Positions 1 through 9,274 of a DNA stretch of 32,000 bases are shown here, one piece after another. The position numbers and the translations under genes are program-made. The stretch is from an uncultured Actinomycetota bacterium. Lineage in GTDB: Bacteria; Actinomycetota; Actinomycetes; Actinomycetales; Dermatophilaceae. Under the pieces are notes generated by a model. It was given only the letters and a program-made list of their open reading frames with translations. It was not told the origin of the DNA and did not search any database. Position 1 is the first letter of the stretch. Each line of letters opens with the position of its first letter. The DNA lies in contig CAVSQS010000005.1 in the NCBI GenBank assembly GCA_963730165.1, positions 40,117 through 72,116 of the forward strand, read 5' to 3'.

Positions 1-1
1 C

Positions 2-2521
2 GAGATGAACCCGAGGATCCAGGTCGAGCACACCGTCACCGAGGAGGTCACCGACGTCGACCTCGTCGTCTCCCAGATGCGGATCGCGAGTGGGGAGACC
101 GTCGCCGACCTCGGGCTGCGTCAGGCGGACATCCGCACCCGGGGAGTCGCCCTCCAGTGCCGTATCACGACCGAGGACCCCGCCAACGGCTTCCGCCCGG
201 ACGCCGGGCAGATCACCGTCTACCGGTCCGCCGGAGGCGGTGGGGTCCGCCTCGACGGCGGGACGGTCTTCGTCGGGGCCCAGGTCAGCCCACACTTCGA
301 CTCGATGCTCGTCAAGCTCACCTGTCGCGGCCGCGACTTCGCCACGGCCGTGCGCCGGGCTCGTCGAGCGCTCGCCGAGTTCCGCATCCGCGGGGTGTCG
401 ACGAACATCCCGTTCCTCGAGGCCGTGCTGTCCGACCCCGTCTTCCAGCGCGGCGAGGCGACGACGGGCTTCATCGACGAGCGGCCCGAGCTGCTCGACG
501 CGCGTACCCCCGCCGACCGCGGCACCAAGCTGCTCCAGTACCTCGCCGATGTGACGGTCAACCAGCCGCACGGCCCCGCGACGACCACGGTGCAGCCGCG
601 CAGCAAGCTGCCCGAGCTCGGCCTCGACGCCCCCCTGCCCCCGGGCTCGCGCGACCTGCTGCTGCGGGTCGGGCCGGAGCGGTTCGCACGGCAGCTGCGC
701 GGGCGCACCGACGTCCCGGTCACCGACACGACCTTCCGCGACGCCCACCAGAGCCTGCTCGCGACGCGGATGCGCACGCGAGACCTCCTCCACGTCGCCG
801 GTCACGTGGCGCGGATGACGCCCCAGCTGCTCTCCGTGGAGGCCTGGGGTGGGGCGACGTACGACGTGGCACTGCGTTTCCTCCACGAGGACCCGTGGGA
901 ACGGCTGGCCCTGCTCCGCGAGGCGATGCCGAACGTCCCCCTCCAGATGCTGTTGCGCGGCCGCAACACCGTCGGCTACACCCCCTACCCGACGCAGGTC
1001 ACGGACGCCTTCGTCCACGAGGCGGCCCGCACCGGGCTGGACATCTTCCGCATCTTCGACTCCCTCAACGACGTCGACCGGATGCGCCCGGCGGTCGACG
1101 CGGTGCTCGAGACGGGCACGGCGGTCGCCGAGGTCGCCCTCTGCTACACCGGCAACCTCATGGACCCCGGGGAGCGGCTCTACACCCTCGACTACTACCT
1201 CCGGCTCGCCGAGCAGATCGTCGACACCGGCGCCCACGTCCTGGCGATCAAGGACATGGCCGGCCTGCTGCGGGCCCCGGCGGCCACCCGGCTCGTCACG
1301 GCGCTGCGGGAACGTTTCGACGTGCCCGTCCACCTCCACACGCACGACACCGCAGGTGGCCAGGTGGGGACGCTGCTCGCCGCGATCGCGGCCGGGGTGG
1401 ACGCGGTCGACGCGGCCGCGTCGTCGATGGCCGGGACGACGAGCCAGCCGAGCCTGTCCGCACTCGTCGCCGCCACCGACCACACCGAGCGGCCAACCGG
1501 CCTCGACATCGAGAACGTCCTCGCGCTCGAGCCGTACTGGGAAGCGGTCCGGGCCCTGTACCGCCCGTTCGAGTCCGGGCTGCCCTCCCCCACCGGGCGC
1601 GTGTACGTCCACGAGATCCCGGGTGGCCAGCTGTCCAACCTGCGCCAGCAGGCGATCGCCCTGGGGCTCGGTCACCGCTTCGAGGACATCGAGAACATGT
1701 ACGCCGCGGCCAACCGCATCCTCGGCAACATCGTCAAGGTGACGCCGTCGAGCAAGGTCGTCGGCGACCTCGCCCTCGCTCTCGTCGGGGCGGGCGCCGA
1801 CCCCGACGACTTCGCGGCCGACCCGACGCGCTACGACATCCCCGACTCGGTGATCGGCTTCCTCCAGGGCGAGCTCGGCGACCCACCGGGCGGATGGCCC
1901 GAGCCCTTCCGCACCAGGGCGCTCCGAGGGCGGACGGCCAGGCCCCGCATCACCGAGCTGACCCGGGAGCAGGAGGACGCGCTCGTCGCCGACCCGAGGC
2001 GAACCCTCAACGCGCTGCTCTTCCCCGGACCGACCCGGGAGTTCGAGGATCACCGGGAGCGCTACGGGAACCTCTCCGTGCTCGGCACGGGCGAGTTCCT
2101 CCACGGCCTCCAGCAGGGCACGGAGTACGAGGCGGAGATCGAGGCGGGCAAGACCCTCCTCCTCGGCATCAGCTCGGTGGGTGAGGCCGACCGGCACGGC
2201 ATGCGCACAGTGATGTGCACCCTGAACGGACAGTTCCGACCCGTCCAGGTGCGCGACCGCTCCGTCGAGGCCGACGTCAAGGCGGCCGAGAAGGCCGACC
2301 CGGGCAACCCGGGGCACGTCGCGGCCCCCTTCGGCGGGGTGGTCTCGCCGACGGTCGTGGAGGGCGACCGGGTCGAGGCGGGCGCCGTCGTCGCGACGAT
2401 CGAGGCGATGAAGATGGAGGCCAACATCACCACTGCGGTGGCCGGGACCGTCGAGCGGCTCGCCGTCGACGGACACCAGCAGCTCGAGGGTGGCGACCTC
2501 GTCCTCGTGATCACCGAATGA
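2..2521 (+). CDS. pyc: pyruvate carboxylase, C-terminal ~840 aa (5' end lies upstream of the window)
   Basis: The frame is open to the window start. The translation shows the end of the biotin-carboxylase domain, a carboxyltransferase block (VTDTTFRDAHQSLLATRMRT, HLHTHDTAG) and a C-terminal biotinyl domain with the EAMKME motif. Stop TGA at 2519-2521. Confidence 0.93.
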   Translation, partial: EMNPRIQVEHTVTEEVTDVDLVVSQMRIASGETVADLGLRQADIRTRGVALQCRITTEDPANGFRPDAGQITVYRSAGGGGVRLDGGTVFVGAQVSPHFDSMLVKLTCRGRDFATAVRRARRALAEFRIRGVSTNIPFLEAVLSDPVFQRGEATTGFIDERPELLDARTPADRGTKLLQYLADVTVNQPHGPATTTVQPRSKLPELGLDAPLPPGSRDLLLRVGPERFARQLRGRTDVPVTDTTFRDAHQSLLATRMRTRDLLHVAGHVARMTPQLLSVEAWGGATYDVALRFLHEDPWERLALLREAMPNVPLQMLLRGRNTVGYTPYPTQVTDAFVHEAARTGLDIFRIFDSLNDVDRMRPAVDAVLETGTAVAEVALCYTGNLMDPGERLYTLDYYLRLAEQIVDTGAHVLAIKDMAGLLRAPAATRLVTALRERFDVPVHLHTHDTAGGQVGTLLAAIAAGVDAVDAAASSMAGTTSQPSLSALVAATDHTERPTGLDIENVLALEPYWEAVRALYRPFESGLPSPTGRVYVHEIPGGQLSNLRQQAIALGLGHRFEDIENMYAAANRILGNIVKVTPSSKVVGDLALALVGAGADPDDFAADPTRYDIPDSVIGFLQGELGDPPGGWPEPFRTRALRGRTARPRITELTREQEDALVADPRRTLNALLFPGPTREFEDHRERYGNLSVLGTGEFLHGLQQGTEYEAEIEAGKTLLLGISSVGEADRHGMRTVMCTLNGQFRPVQVRDRSVEADVKAAEKADPGNPGHVAAPFGGVVSPTVVEGDRVEAGAVVATIEAMKMEANITTAVAGTVERLAVDGHQQLEGGDLVLVITE

Positions 2522-2675
2522 GCCTCCCCGCCGGAGGACGATCAGGACGTCGAATGTTCGTCGAGACGTGTGCGCACCGATCCCCCCGGTGGCGCCTCGC
2601 CCGTCCTACGGTGGCTTGACCGCAGCTGGTCGAGAAGAGGCCTGATGCTCCCCACCACGAGCGAAGGAGTAGGTC

Positions 2676-2849
2676 ATGGGGTTCGACGAGAAGATGGACA
2701 ACGCGAGGCTGGACGCCGAGGGCAAGGTCCGGGAGGCGGTCGGGGAGACCACCGACGACCACGGCCTCGAGGCCGAGGGCAAGGCCCAGCAGAGCGAGTC
2801 CGACCTGCGGCAGGCCGGTGAGAAGGTCAAGGACGCCTTCCGGCACTGA
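2676..2849 (+). CDS. CsbD-family small stress protein (57 aa)
   Basis: Not in the supplied ORF track. ATG 2676 is preceded by GAAGGAG (2663-2669). The translation is MGFDEKMDNARLDAEGKVREAVGETTDDHGLEAEGKAQQSESDLRQAGEKVKDAFRH, with the repeated xEGK pattern and C-terminal KVKDAF typical of CsbD-like proteins. Stop TGA at 2847-2849. Confidence 0.75.
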   Translation: MGFDEKMDNARLDAEGKVREAVGETTDDHGLEAEGKAQQSESDLRQAGEKVKDAFRH

Positions 2850-2884
2850 CGCTCCACCCGGAGGTCCTGTCCACCCCGGTGCCC

Positions 2885-2922
2885 CGACGGGCCGCTCCGC
2901 TCACGCGCGGGGCGGCCCGTCG
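2885..2922. terminator. bidirectional stem-loop between convergent genes
   Basis: Perfect 11-bp inverted repeat CGACGGGCCGC (2885-2895) / GCGGCCCGTCG (2912-2922), lying between the csbD-like stop and the DUF2207 stop. There is no U-tract, which is common in high-GC actinobacteria. Confidence 0.45.
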
Positions 2923-2982
2923 TGTCGGGCGCTCCGCCCGGTCGCCCGGCGACCAGGCCCGCGGTGACGGGCCGTCCGGCAG

Positions 2983-4986
2983 CTACCAGCTGCCCCCGCC
3001 GGAGCCTCCGCCTCCCCCACCGGAGAAGCCTCCCCCGCCGCTGAAGCCACTGCCCCCCGAGGACCCCGGCGTGGAGACGAACGTGCCGGCGGCGACCGTT
3101 GAGAACGAGTCCATGCTCGAGGCGACGTGGTGGAAGCCACCTGTCCCCCAGTCGCCGTAGTACCAGTACGGCGCGGCGACCACGTGACCGGCGGCAGCCG
3201 CGGCCTGCGCCACCTGCTCGAACACCTCGGCCCACCGGTCGGCGAGGCCGAAGACGATCGCGAACGGCAGGTAGCGGCTGAAGAGGTCCTGGGCCTCCTC
3301 CCACCGGATCTGGTTGGCCTCGGCGGTCGCGATGTAGCGCTCGAACCCCCGGGTCTGGGCCAACACCGCGGACCCCTGTGCAGTGCGCGAGGCCATCCGC
3401 TTCCCGAGCGAGCGCACGACGAGCCCCGCCACCACGCCGCCGGCCCCCAGGACCCACACGGGGTTGAAGGGCAGGCCGGAGTCGGAGTAGACCTCCGCGA
3501 GCGGGCCGCCCAGCACGAAGGTGGCGAGCACCGACAGCCCCGCGATGACGAGGCCGAGGGTCATCCAGCCCGTTCGCTGCGACTCCGGGTTGCGCCGGAA
3601 CCAGCCGCGCTGGACGACCTCCTCGTACATGAGCCGCTGGACGGCGTCCAGGGTGGGCTTGAAGTGGTTCTTCAGCGCAGAGAGCGCCACCTCGTCACCC
3701 CCGACGAACAGCGAGTCGTGGAGGACCCGCTCGTAGGCGGTCAAGGGGGTCGAGCCGGCCGGCGGGGTCGTACGCGTCAGCACCCAGTCGTCGGCCCGGA
3801 AGAGGCCCTGCTCGTCACGGGCGATCCGCAGGTACCCACGCACCGCGAGGTCGACGATGGTGGCCGTGACGTCGACGAGGTTGGCCTCCTCGTCCAGGAC
3901 CGTCCCCATCATCCCCGGCTGCACTCCCGCCGGTGGGGTGAACTGGACGGCGACGGTAGGAGCGGGGCCGCCGTAGACGACCCGCGGCTCCTGCTCGGCC
4001 CCCGGGGAGAGGCCGGGCGTCACCCCGGCGTACCGCTCGTCGCGGCCCCGGGTCCACACGAGGGCCCCCATGAGGCCCCCGGCGAGCAGGGGCAGGAAGA
4101 TCCCGGTGCCGATGGTGAGCCAGGCCAGCGCCCGGGACACGGTCGGGCTGACGATGCTCGGCCCGGTGCCGTCGGCGTTGCCCTCGCGCAGGTCCGGGGT
4201 CAGGTCGCCGAAGGCCGCCCGGGGGTAGGAGGTGACGATGCTCGCCCCCTCCTCCGGGGCGAGATCGGGAACGGAGAAGCGCGCGGTCTGCCCCGGGGTC
4301 GCCTGGCACGGGGTGGTCGACCCGGACGGCCCGTAGAAGCAGGCCGCCCGGGTCGAGGCCACGGGGCCGACGACGGTGGCCGCGACGTCGCGCTGGGGGA
4401 ACCCGTTCGAGGTGTCGACGAGGTCGTAGTAGAACTCCGCTGTTCCGTCGCCGATGTCGTTGACGACGTGGGCGAGCCGGTACCGGACCACGTACTGCTG
4501 GACGCCGGTCACGGTCTCGGACGGGCTGCCGATGCGGATCTTCCGGTAGGCGCCGAGGTCGGAGATCGAGATGTCGGTCGGGGCGCCGCTCGGGCTGGTC
4601 ACCTCGACACCGCTCAGCTCGTAGTAGCGGTACTGCGTCTGGCTGTCCCGGTAGCCGGCCCGGACCCGCACCGTGCGGTAGATGCCGTGCCGTTCCTCGC
4701 CATTCGGGAACCGCCAGCTGATCCGCTCGGTGACGAGCACCGAGCCGTCGGCGTCGACCTCGAAGTCGGTGTGGAGGGAGGTGGCCTCCTCCTGGGCGGC
4801 GACCGCCGCTGGCACCCGGCCCCAGGCACCGAGCACCGGCGCCCCGGGGCGTGATCCCGTCGCGGTGGGGGCCGCGTGGGTGGGGGCGGCGGAGAGTCCG
4901 AGCAGCAGGAGGAACGCCCCGAGGGCCGCGAGCGCCACCCGGATGGCGCTCCCCGAGGCGCGCGAGGCCGCCACCGGCAGGGTCAC
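2983..4986 (-). CDS. DUF2207-type membrane protein with Gly/Ser-rich C-terminal tail
   Basis: The supplied ORF 2983..5949 reads through smpB and the M23 gene in another frame. I start the gene at the in-frame GTG at 4986, 4 nt after the smpB stop. This gives a signal-peptide-like N-terminus (VTLPVAASRASGSAIRVALAALGAFLLLLGLSAAPTHA), an extracytoplasmic domain, several TM helices and the tail GSSGGSGFSGGGGFSGGGGGGSGGGSW. Confidence 0.7.
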   Translation of the reverse strand: MTLPVAASRASGSAIRVALAALGAFLLLLGLSAAPTHAAPTATGSRPGAPVLGAWGRVPAAVAAQEEATSLHTDFEVDADGSVLVTERISWRFPNGEERHGIYRTVRVRAGYRDSQTQYRYYELSGVEVTSPSGAPTDISISDLGAYRKIRIGSPSETVTGVQQYVVRYRLAHVVNDIGDGTAEFYYDLVDTSNGFPQRDVAATVVGPVASTRAACFYGPSGSTTPCQATPGQTARFSVPDLAPEEGASIVTSYPRAAFGDLTPDLREGNADGTGPSIVSPTVSRALAWLTIGTGIFLPLLAGGLMGALVWTRGRDERYAGVTPGLSPGAEQEPRVVYGGPAPTVAVQFTPPAGVQPGMMGTVLDEEANLVDVTATIVDLAVRGYLRIARDEQGLFRADDWVLTRTTPPAGSTPLTAYERVLHDSLFVGGDEVALSALKNHFKPTLDAVQRLMYEEVVQRGWFRRNPESQRTGWMTLGLVIAGLSVLATFVLGGPLAEVYSDSGLPFNPVWVLGAGGVVAGLVVRSLGKRMASRTAQGSAVLAQTRGFERYIATAEANQIRWEEAQDLFSRYLPFAIVFGLADRWAEVFEQVAQAAAAAGHVVAAPYWYYGDWGTGGFHHVASSMDSFSTVAAGTFVSTPGSSGGSGFSGGGGFSGGGGGGSGGGSW

Positions 4987-4990
4987 GAGC

Positions 4991-5503
4991 TCACTCCCCG
5001 CCGCGGCGCCGCGCGGCGATGGCCCGGTCGGCCTCGCGTCGGTCCTGGCGCTCGCGCAGCGTCTGCCGCTTGTCGTAGGCCCGCTTGCCCTTGACGACGG
5101 CGATCTCGACCTTGGCCCGGCCGTCCTTGAAGTAGAGACGCAGTGGCACGACGGTGTGGCCGGTCTCCCGCGTGGCCTGGGCGATCTTGTCGAGCTCGCG
5201 GCGGTGCAGCAGCAACTTGCGTTTGCGTCGGGGCGTGTGGTTGTTCCACGTGCCGTTGAGGTACTCCGGGATGTGCACGCCCTCGAGCCAGAGCTCGCCG
5301 TCGGCGTCGAACCCCGCCCACCCGTCGACAAGCGATGCGCGGCCCATCCGCAGCGCCTTGACCTCGGTGCCCATGAGGACCAGACCCGCCTCGTACGTGT
5401 CCTCGATGAGGTAGTCGTGACGGGCCTTGCGGTTGCTCGCGACGAGCTTGGTCCCGTTCTCCTTGGCCACGACGAGGAGGCTACCTGCTGGCCGGGCTCG
5501 CAC
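4991..5503 (-). CDS. smpB: SsrA-binding protein SmpB
   Basis: The block [44 protein letters not shown] and the basic C-terminal tail are diagnostic of SmpB. The start is uncertain: GTG 5503 as in the track, or GTG 5470 (VAKENGTK...), which matches typical SmpB length better. Confidence 0.9.
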   Translation of the reverse strand: MRARPAGSLLVVAKENGTKLVASNRKARHDYLIEDTYEAGLVLMGTEVKALRMGRASLVDGWAGFDADGELWLEGVHIPEYLNGTWNNHTPRRKRKLLLHRRELDKIAQATRETGHTVVPLRLYFKDGRAKVEIAVVKGKRAYDKRQTLRERQDRREADRAIAARRRGGE

Positions 5504-5521
5504 CCCAGCCGGTCACCGCGC

Positions 5522-6895
5522 TCACAACCAGCGGCGCGGGTCGACGAACGAGCCGTTCTCCATCGTCTCGAAGTGGAGGTGGCAGCCGGTCGAGGTGCCG
5601 GTGTTGCCGCTGTAGGCGATGAGCTGGCCACGGCTGACGTAACCGCCGCCGACGACGATGCTCGACAGGTGGTTGTACGTCGTCGCGAGCCCGACCCCGC
5701 GCTGCAGACCGTGGTCGATGACGACGCGGTTGCCGTAGCCGGCCCCCCAGCCCGCCATGATGACCGTTCCGGGCGCCGCCGCGTACACCGGTGTGCCGCA
5801 GGCGACCGCGTAGTCACGGCCGCTGTGCAGTCGCCACTCGTGGTACACGGGGTGGAACCGCATGCCGAACTCCGAGCTGACCCAGCCGGTGCGCACCGGG
5901 CGGCTGAGGTAGGCGCCCTGGGACGACGAGGAGCCGCTCGAGCTGCCACCGCTCGTGGAGCCTCCGGACTGCTGTTGCTCCTTCTTGCGGCGGGCCTCCT
6001 CCTCGGCCTTCTTCCGCGCGGCCTCGGCCGCGCGCCGCCGGGCCTCGGCGGCCCGCTGCTCGAGGATCTTCTTGAGCCTGGCCTGCTCGGCCTTCATCGC
6101 CGACAGCTGCTTCTTGTCCGCGGCTAGCTGGTCCTCGAAGGCCCGGGCCTGCTTCTCCTGGCTCGCGGCCAGGGCCTCCAGCTCGGCCTTGGCCTGCTCG
6201 GCCGCCTGCCGTGCGGCGGTGGCCTTGGCCAGGGCCTCCTCGGCGGCCTTCTTCTTCTCGACGGAGTCGGCCCGCAGCGCCGAGAGGTGGTCCTCCATGG
6301 CACGCAGGCTCGCCTGCTCGGTGGCGAGCCGGTCCATCGTCTGGCCCTGGATGTCCATGACGGTGTCGACGAGAGCGATCCGGTCGGCGAACTGCTGCGG
6401 GTCGGTGCTCGAGAGGGCCACGTCGAGCTGGCCGAAGCCCTGCTCCTGGTAGATCTGGGCAGCGAACTGCGCGAGTCGGTCCCGGCCCGCCTTCACCTCC
6501 GCCGTCGCCGCCTCGAGGTCGGCCTCGGCCTTCTTCTCGTTGGCCTTGGCGACCTCGAGCTCCTGCGCCGCGACGGTGTTCGCGCGGTCGGCCGCGTCCG
6601 CCGCCCGGGTGGCCTGGTCGAGCCGGTCGCGCGCCGCCGGCATCCTGGCCTTGGTGCCCTCGAGCTTGCTGTAGGCCGACTTCAGGGCCTGGCTGGTGTC
6701 GTCGAGGTGGTTCTTCAGCTCGTCGATCTTGGCGTCGACCTTGCGCTTCTGCACACCGGGGTCGGTCGCGGCGAGGGCGGGGGCGGGCACGAGGACTCCC
6801 GCGGCGCACGTCAGCCCCACGAGGATCGCCACCGCGCGGCGCGGGGCGCGCGGCTGCGCACGGTCCGGGTGTCCCATAGTCCCCATTGGTAACAC
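5522..6895 (-). CDS. secreted coiled-coil M23 (LytM-type) peptidase, EnvC/PcsB/RipC-like position next to ftsEX
   Basis: The N-terminal signal peptide is ...AVAILVGLTCAAGVLVPAPALA. It is followed by a long Ala/Glu/Lys/Gln-rich coiled-coil region and a Ser/Gly linker. The C-terminal M23 domain has HSGRDYA (HxxxD) and GCHLHFE (HxH) zinc motifs. The start is ambiguous among GTG 6895, ATG 6886 and ATG 6877. Confidence 0.85.
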   Translation of the reverse strand: MLPMGTMGHPDRAQPRAPRRAVAILVGLTCAAGVLVPAPALAATDPGVQKRKVDAKIDELKNHLDDTSQALKSAYSKLEGTKARMPAARDRLDQATRAADAADRANTVAAQELEVAKANEKKAEADLEAATAEVKAGRDRLAQFAAQIYQEQGFGQLDVALSSTDPQQFADRIALVDTVMDIQGQTMDRLATEQASLRAMEDHLSALRADSVEKKKAAEEALAKATAARQAAEQAKAELEALAASQEKQARAFEDQLAADKKQLSAMKAEQARLKKILEQRAAEARRRAAEAARKKAEEEARRKKEQQQSGGSTSGGSSSGSSSSQGAYLSRPVRTGWVSSEFGMRFHPVYHEWRLHSGRDYAVACGTPVYAAAPGTVIMAGWGAGYGNRVVIDHGLQRGVGLATTYNHLSSIVVGGGYVSRGQLIAYSGNTGTSTGCHLHFETMENGSFVDPRRWL

Positions 6896-7010
6896 GAATC
6901 ACAGGAGTTAGCGAGCGAACCACGGGAAACGGCGTGAACCGGCCGTGGCCCGCTCTTCAGGTCGGTCTCAGGCTAGGGATGCCGCGCTCCTGCCGTGCGT
7001 GGGTCGGTCC

Positions 7011-7035
7011 GGGACCGGCCGAACGGCCGAGTCCC
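7011..7035 (-). terminator. hairpin 13 nt downstream of ftsX stop (possible terminator/attenuator)
   Basis: GGGACCGGCC-GAAC-GGCCG(A)GTCCC forms a 5+5 bp GC-rich stem with one bulged A and a 4-nt loop. No U-tract. Confidence 0.3.
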
Positions 7036-7047
7036 GGGCGCGCCGGC

Positions 7048-7953
7048 TCAGACGCGCAGGTACCGGCGCAGGGTGACCAGGCTGGTGAGGACCGCGATGA
7101 GCAGCACCCCGCCGAGCAGCCAGGGCACGAGCAGCCAGACGTCCGACGGTCCGATGAAGGCCTGGGACAGGGCGATGCGACTCGCCCCCTCGGTGAAGAC
7201 GTACTGGGTCAGCGCGACGAGCAGCCCGACGGCGAGGGCGACGCCGAGGACCGAGACGATGACCATCTCGGAGATGAACGGCATCCGGATCGTCCAGTTG
7301 GAGGCCCCGACCAGGCGCATGATCCCGATCTCGCGGCGCCGGATGAAGGCCGCCTGCCGGATGGTGGTCGCCATGAGGAGGGCGGCGCAGGCCGCCATGA
7401 GGGCCGCGAGCAGGACGGCGAACACGGTGATCCAGTTGATGATGGTGAAGAACTTGCTGAGGACCTTCTCCTGGTCCTGGACCGTGGCGACGCCCGGGGC
7501 GTCCTCGAACTGGCTCGTGACGACGGCGTACTTGCTCGGGTCGTTCAGCTGCACCCGCAGGCTCTGCGGGATGTCGCCGACCTCGACGTTGCCCGCGATC
7601 GGGCTGTTGCGGAACTGCTCCTTGAACCGGTCGTAGGCCTGCTGCTCGGACTCGTAGAAGACCTGCTTGACCTCCGGCAGCGCCTTGAGCTGCTCCTCGA
7701 GGGTCGTCTTCTGCGCCTCGGTGACCGCGGTGCCCTCGCAGTTGGGCTGGAGCGAGGTGGCCGTGCAGAGGTAGATCGAGATCTGGATCCGGTCGTACCA
7801 GTAGCCCTTCATCGTGTCGGCCTGCCGCTGGGCGAGCAGGCCCAGGCCGAGGAGGAAGATCGAGACCATCGTGACGAGGACGACCGAGACCGCCATGGAC
7901 AGGTTGCGCCGCAGCCCGGAGCCGACCTCGGAGGCGAGGAACCGCATCTGCAT
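7048..7953 (-). CDS. ftsX: cell-division ABC transporter permease FtsX
   Basis: The N-terminus MQMRFLASEVGSGLRRNLSMAVSVVLVTMVSIFLLG, a large extracytoplasmic loop and three C-terminal TM helices give the FtsX topology. The gene starts 4 nt after the ftsE stop. Confidence 0.92.
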   Translation of the reverse strand: MQMRFLASEVGSGLRRNLSMAVSVVLVTMVSIFLLGLGLLAQRQADTMKGYWYDRIQISIYLCTATSLQPNCEGTAVTEAQKTTLEEQLKALPEVKQVFYESEQQAYDRFKEQFRNSPIAGNVEVGDIPQSLRVQLNDPSKYAVVTSQFEDAPGVATVQDQEKVLSKFFTIINWITVFAVLLAALMAACAALLMATTIRQAAFIRRREIGIMRLVGASNWTIRMPFISEMVIVSVLGVALAVGLLVALTQYVFTEGASRIALSQAFIGPSDVWLLVPWLLGGVLLIAVLTSLVTLRRYLRV

Positions 7954-7956
7954 CGG

Positions 7957-8661
7957 TCAGGCCTCCTCGTCGGTGGCGGCCGCGAGGTAGGCGGCGTCCT
8001 GCTCGTCGCGCACCACGCGACCGTCCTCGAGCTGGATGACCCGGCGGCGCAGGTCGTTGACGATGTCGTGGTCGTGGGTGGCCATGACGATCGTCGTCCC
8101 CGTGCGGTTGATCCGCTCGAGGAGCCGGACGATCTCGATGCTGATGCGCTGGTCGAGGTTGCCCGTGGGCTCGTCGCACAGGAGGATCTGCGGCCGGTTG
8201 ACCACCGCGCGGGCGATCGCGACGCGCTGCTGCTCACCGCCGGAGAGCTGGTGGGGGAACCGCTTCTCCTTGCCGGCGAGCCCGACCATCTCGAGGGTCT
8301 CGGGGACCAGCTGGCGGATGACGTGCTTCGGCTTGCCGATGACCTGCAACGCGTAGGCGACGTTCTCGTGGACCGTCTTGTTCGGCAGCAGCCGGAAGTC
8401 CTGGAAGACCGCGCCCATCTCCCGGCGCAGGCGCGGGACCTGGCGCATGGGCATCTTCCGCAGGTCGTACCCGGCGACGAGCACCTGGCCGTTGGTGGCC
8501 GCCTCCTCCCGCAGGGCGAGCCGGAGCATCGTCGACTTGCCCGACCCGGAGGGGCCGACCACGAAGACGAACTCACCGCGCTCGATGTCGAGGCTGACGT
8601 CGTCGAGCGCAGCCCGAGCGGACCTCGGGTAGACCTTGGTGACGTTCTCGAGGGTGATCAT
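7957..8661 (-). CDS. ftsE: cell-division ABC transporter ATP-binding protein FtsE
   Basis: Walker [13 protein letters not shown] signature LSGGEQQRV and Walker [13 protein letters not shown] are present. The gene sits immediately upstream of ftsX. Confidence 0.93.
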   Translation of the reverse strand: MITLENVTKVYPRSARAALDDVSLDIERGEFVFVVGPSGSGKSTMLRLALREEAATNGQVLVAGYDLRKMPMRQVPRLRREMGAVFQDFRLLPNKTVHENVAYALQVIGKPKHVIRQLVPETLEMVGLAGKEKRFPHQLSGGEQQRVAIARAVVNRPQILLCDEPTGNLDQRISIEIVRLLERINRTGTTIVMATHDHDIVNDLRRRVIQLEDGRVVRDEQDAAYLAAATDEEA

Positions 8662-8781
8662 CGGGCGGGCACGGCCTCAGGGCGTTCGGGGGCAGGGGCA
8701 CGGCAACAGCCGTCACACTGCCGAGGATAGGTCGGCTCCCCGAGGATCCCCGACACCGGCCTCGGTCCGGCGATTCGCGGG

Positions 8782-9270
8782 TCAGTCCCGGATCGAGGGC
8801 AGCGTGGAGAACCGCTCGTCCTCCAGTGGCGGCGCCATGACCTCGCGGAAGGCGACGGCGACCGCAGCCGCGGCCCGCGCAGCGTCGTCGGCCGGCAGGA
8901 AGGGACCCTGCGGGATGTCGTCGGGCCAGAAGCGGACGTAGTGCCGGCCGTCGGCGACCGAGGGGTGCCACCCGAGGTCGAGGAGCGCGGCGTGCTCCTC
9001 GGGGGTCCACGGGAAGCCGGATCCGAAGGCCTCCGGACCGACGCAGAGGCCGCGCAGCAGGTCCTCCATCCGGGTCAGGCGGACCCAGGGGCGGGTGAGG
9101 ACGCGCTTCGGCGGGAGCAACGGGACACGACGCTCCTCGCGGGCGGGGCGGGCCGACCAGTCCGGGCCCTCGACGACGACCGACCCACCGTCGTCCAGGG
9201 CCTGCACCGCCTCGACGAGCATCGACTCGAACTCGTCCCACGTCGTCGGCTGCTGGGGGGTCGTGGCCAT
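8782..9270 (-). CDS. hypothetical cytoplasmic protein (162 aa), co-oriented 4 nt downstream of prfB
   Basis: The track ORF 8782..9549 overlaps prfB. I start the gene at ATG 9270 (MATTPQQPTTWDEFESMLVEAVQALDDGG...). Third-position GC is high and I recognise no motif. Confidence 0.6.
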   Translation of the reverse strand: MATTPQQPTTWDEFESMLVEAVQALDDGGSVVVEGPDWSARPAREERRVPLLPPKRVLTRPWVRLTRMEDLLRGLCVGPEAFGSGFPWTPEEHAALLDLGWHPSVADGRHYVRFWPDDIPQGPFLPADDAARAAAAVAVAFREVMAPPLEDERFSTLPSIRD

Positions 9271-9274
9271 CGGG

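Noticed and set aside
157-2184. A 675-aa plus-strand ORF overlapping pyc in another frame. The same class of ORF occurs at 3127..4854 +, 4682..6127 +, 5814..6923 -, 6886..8730 +, 6968..8179 -, 9095..10471 +, 13570..15153 +, 16897..18684 +, 16991..18346 -, 19399..21036 +, 29218..30912 -, 30447..31886 + and 31122..31850 -.
   Set aside because: The translations are dominated by Arg, Pro, Gly and Ala with no motifs. They overlap genes that have clear family signatures and proper codon bias. Long open alternative frames are expected at this GC content.
2522-2540. A short CCTCC-N5-GGAGG hairpin right after the pyc stop, considered as a terminator.
   Set aside because: The stem is only 5 bp and has no U-tract, which is too weak to report as a feature.
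2850-4990. I looked for tmRNA (ssrA), which often follows smpB in actinobacteria.
   Set aside because: The next gene (DUF2207) starts 4 nt after the smpB stop. The only non-coding stretch downstream (2850-2982) is too short and shows no tRNA-like acceptor/T-arm sequence.
2983-5949. A 988-aa minus-strand ORF suggesting one giant protein spanning DUF2207, smpB and part of the M23 gene.
   Set aside because: The N-terminal ~320 codons are junk (Ala/Arg/Ser/Thr-rich) and overlap smpB and the M23 gene in other frames. A GTG at 4986 with a signal peptide gives a sensible DUF2207 protein. The same reasoning was used to trim 8782..9549, 10458..11120, 13660..15741, 14967..16340, 15812..16795, 17134..18645, 18477..19082, 18929..19618, 19366..19932, 19990..21123, 26949..27455 and 27682..28884.
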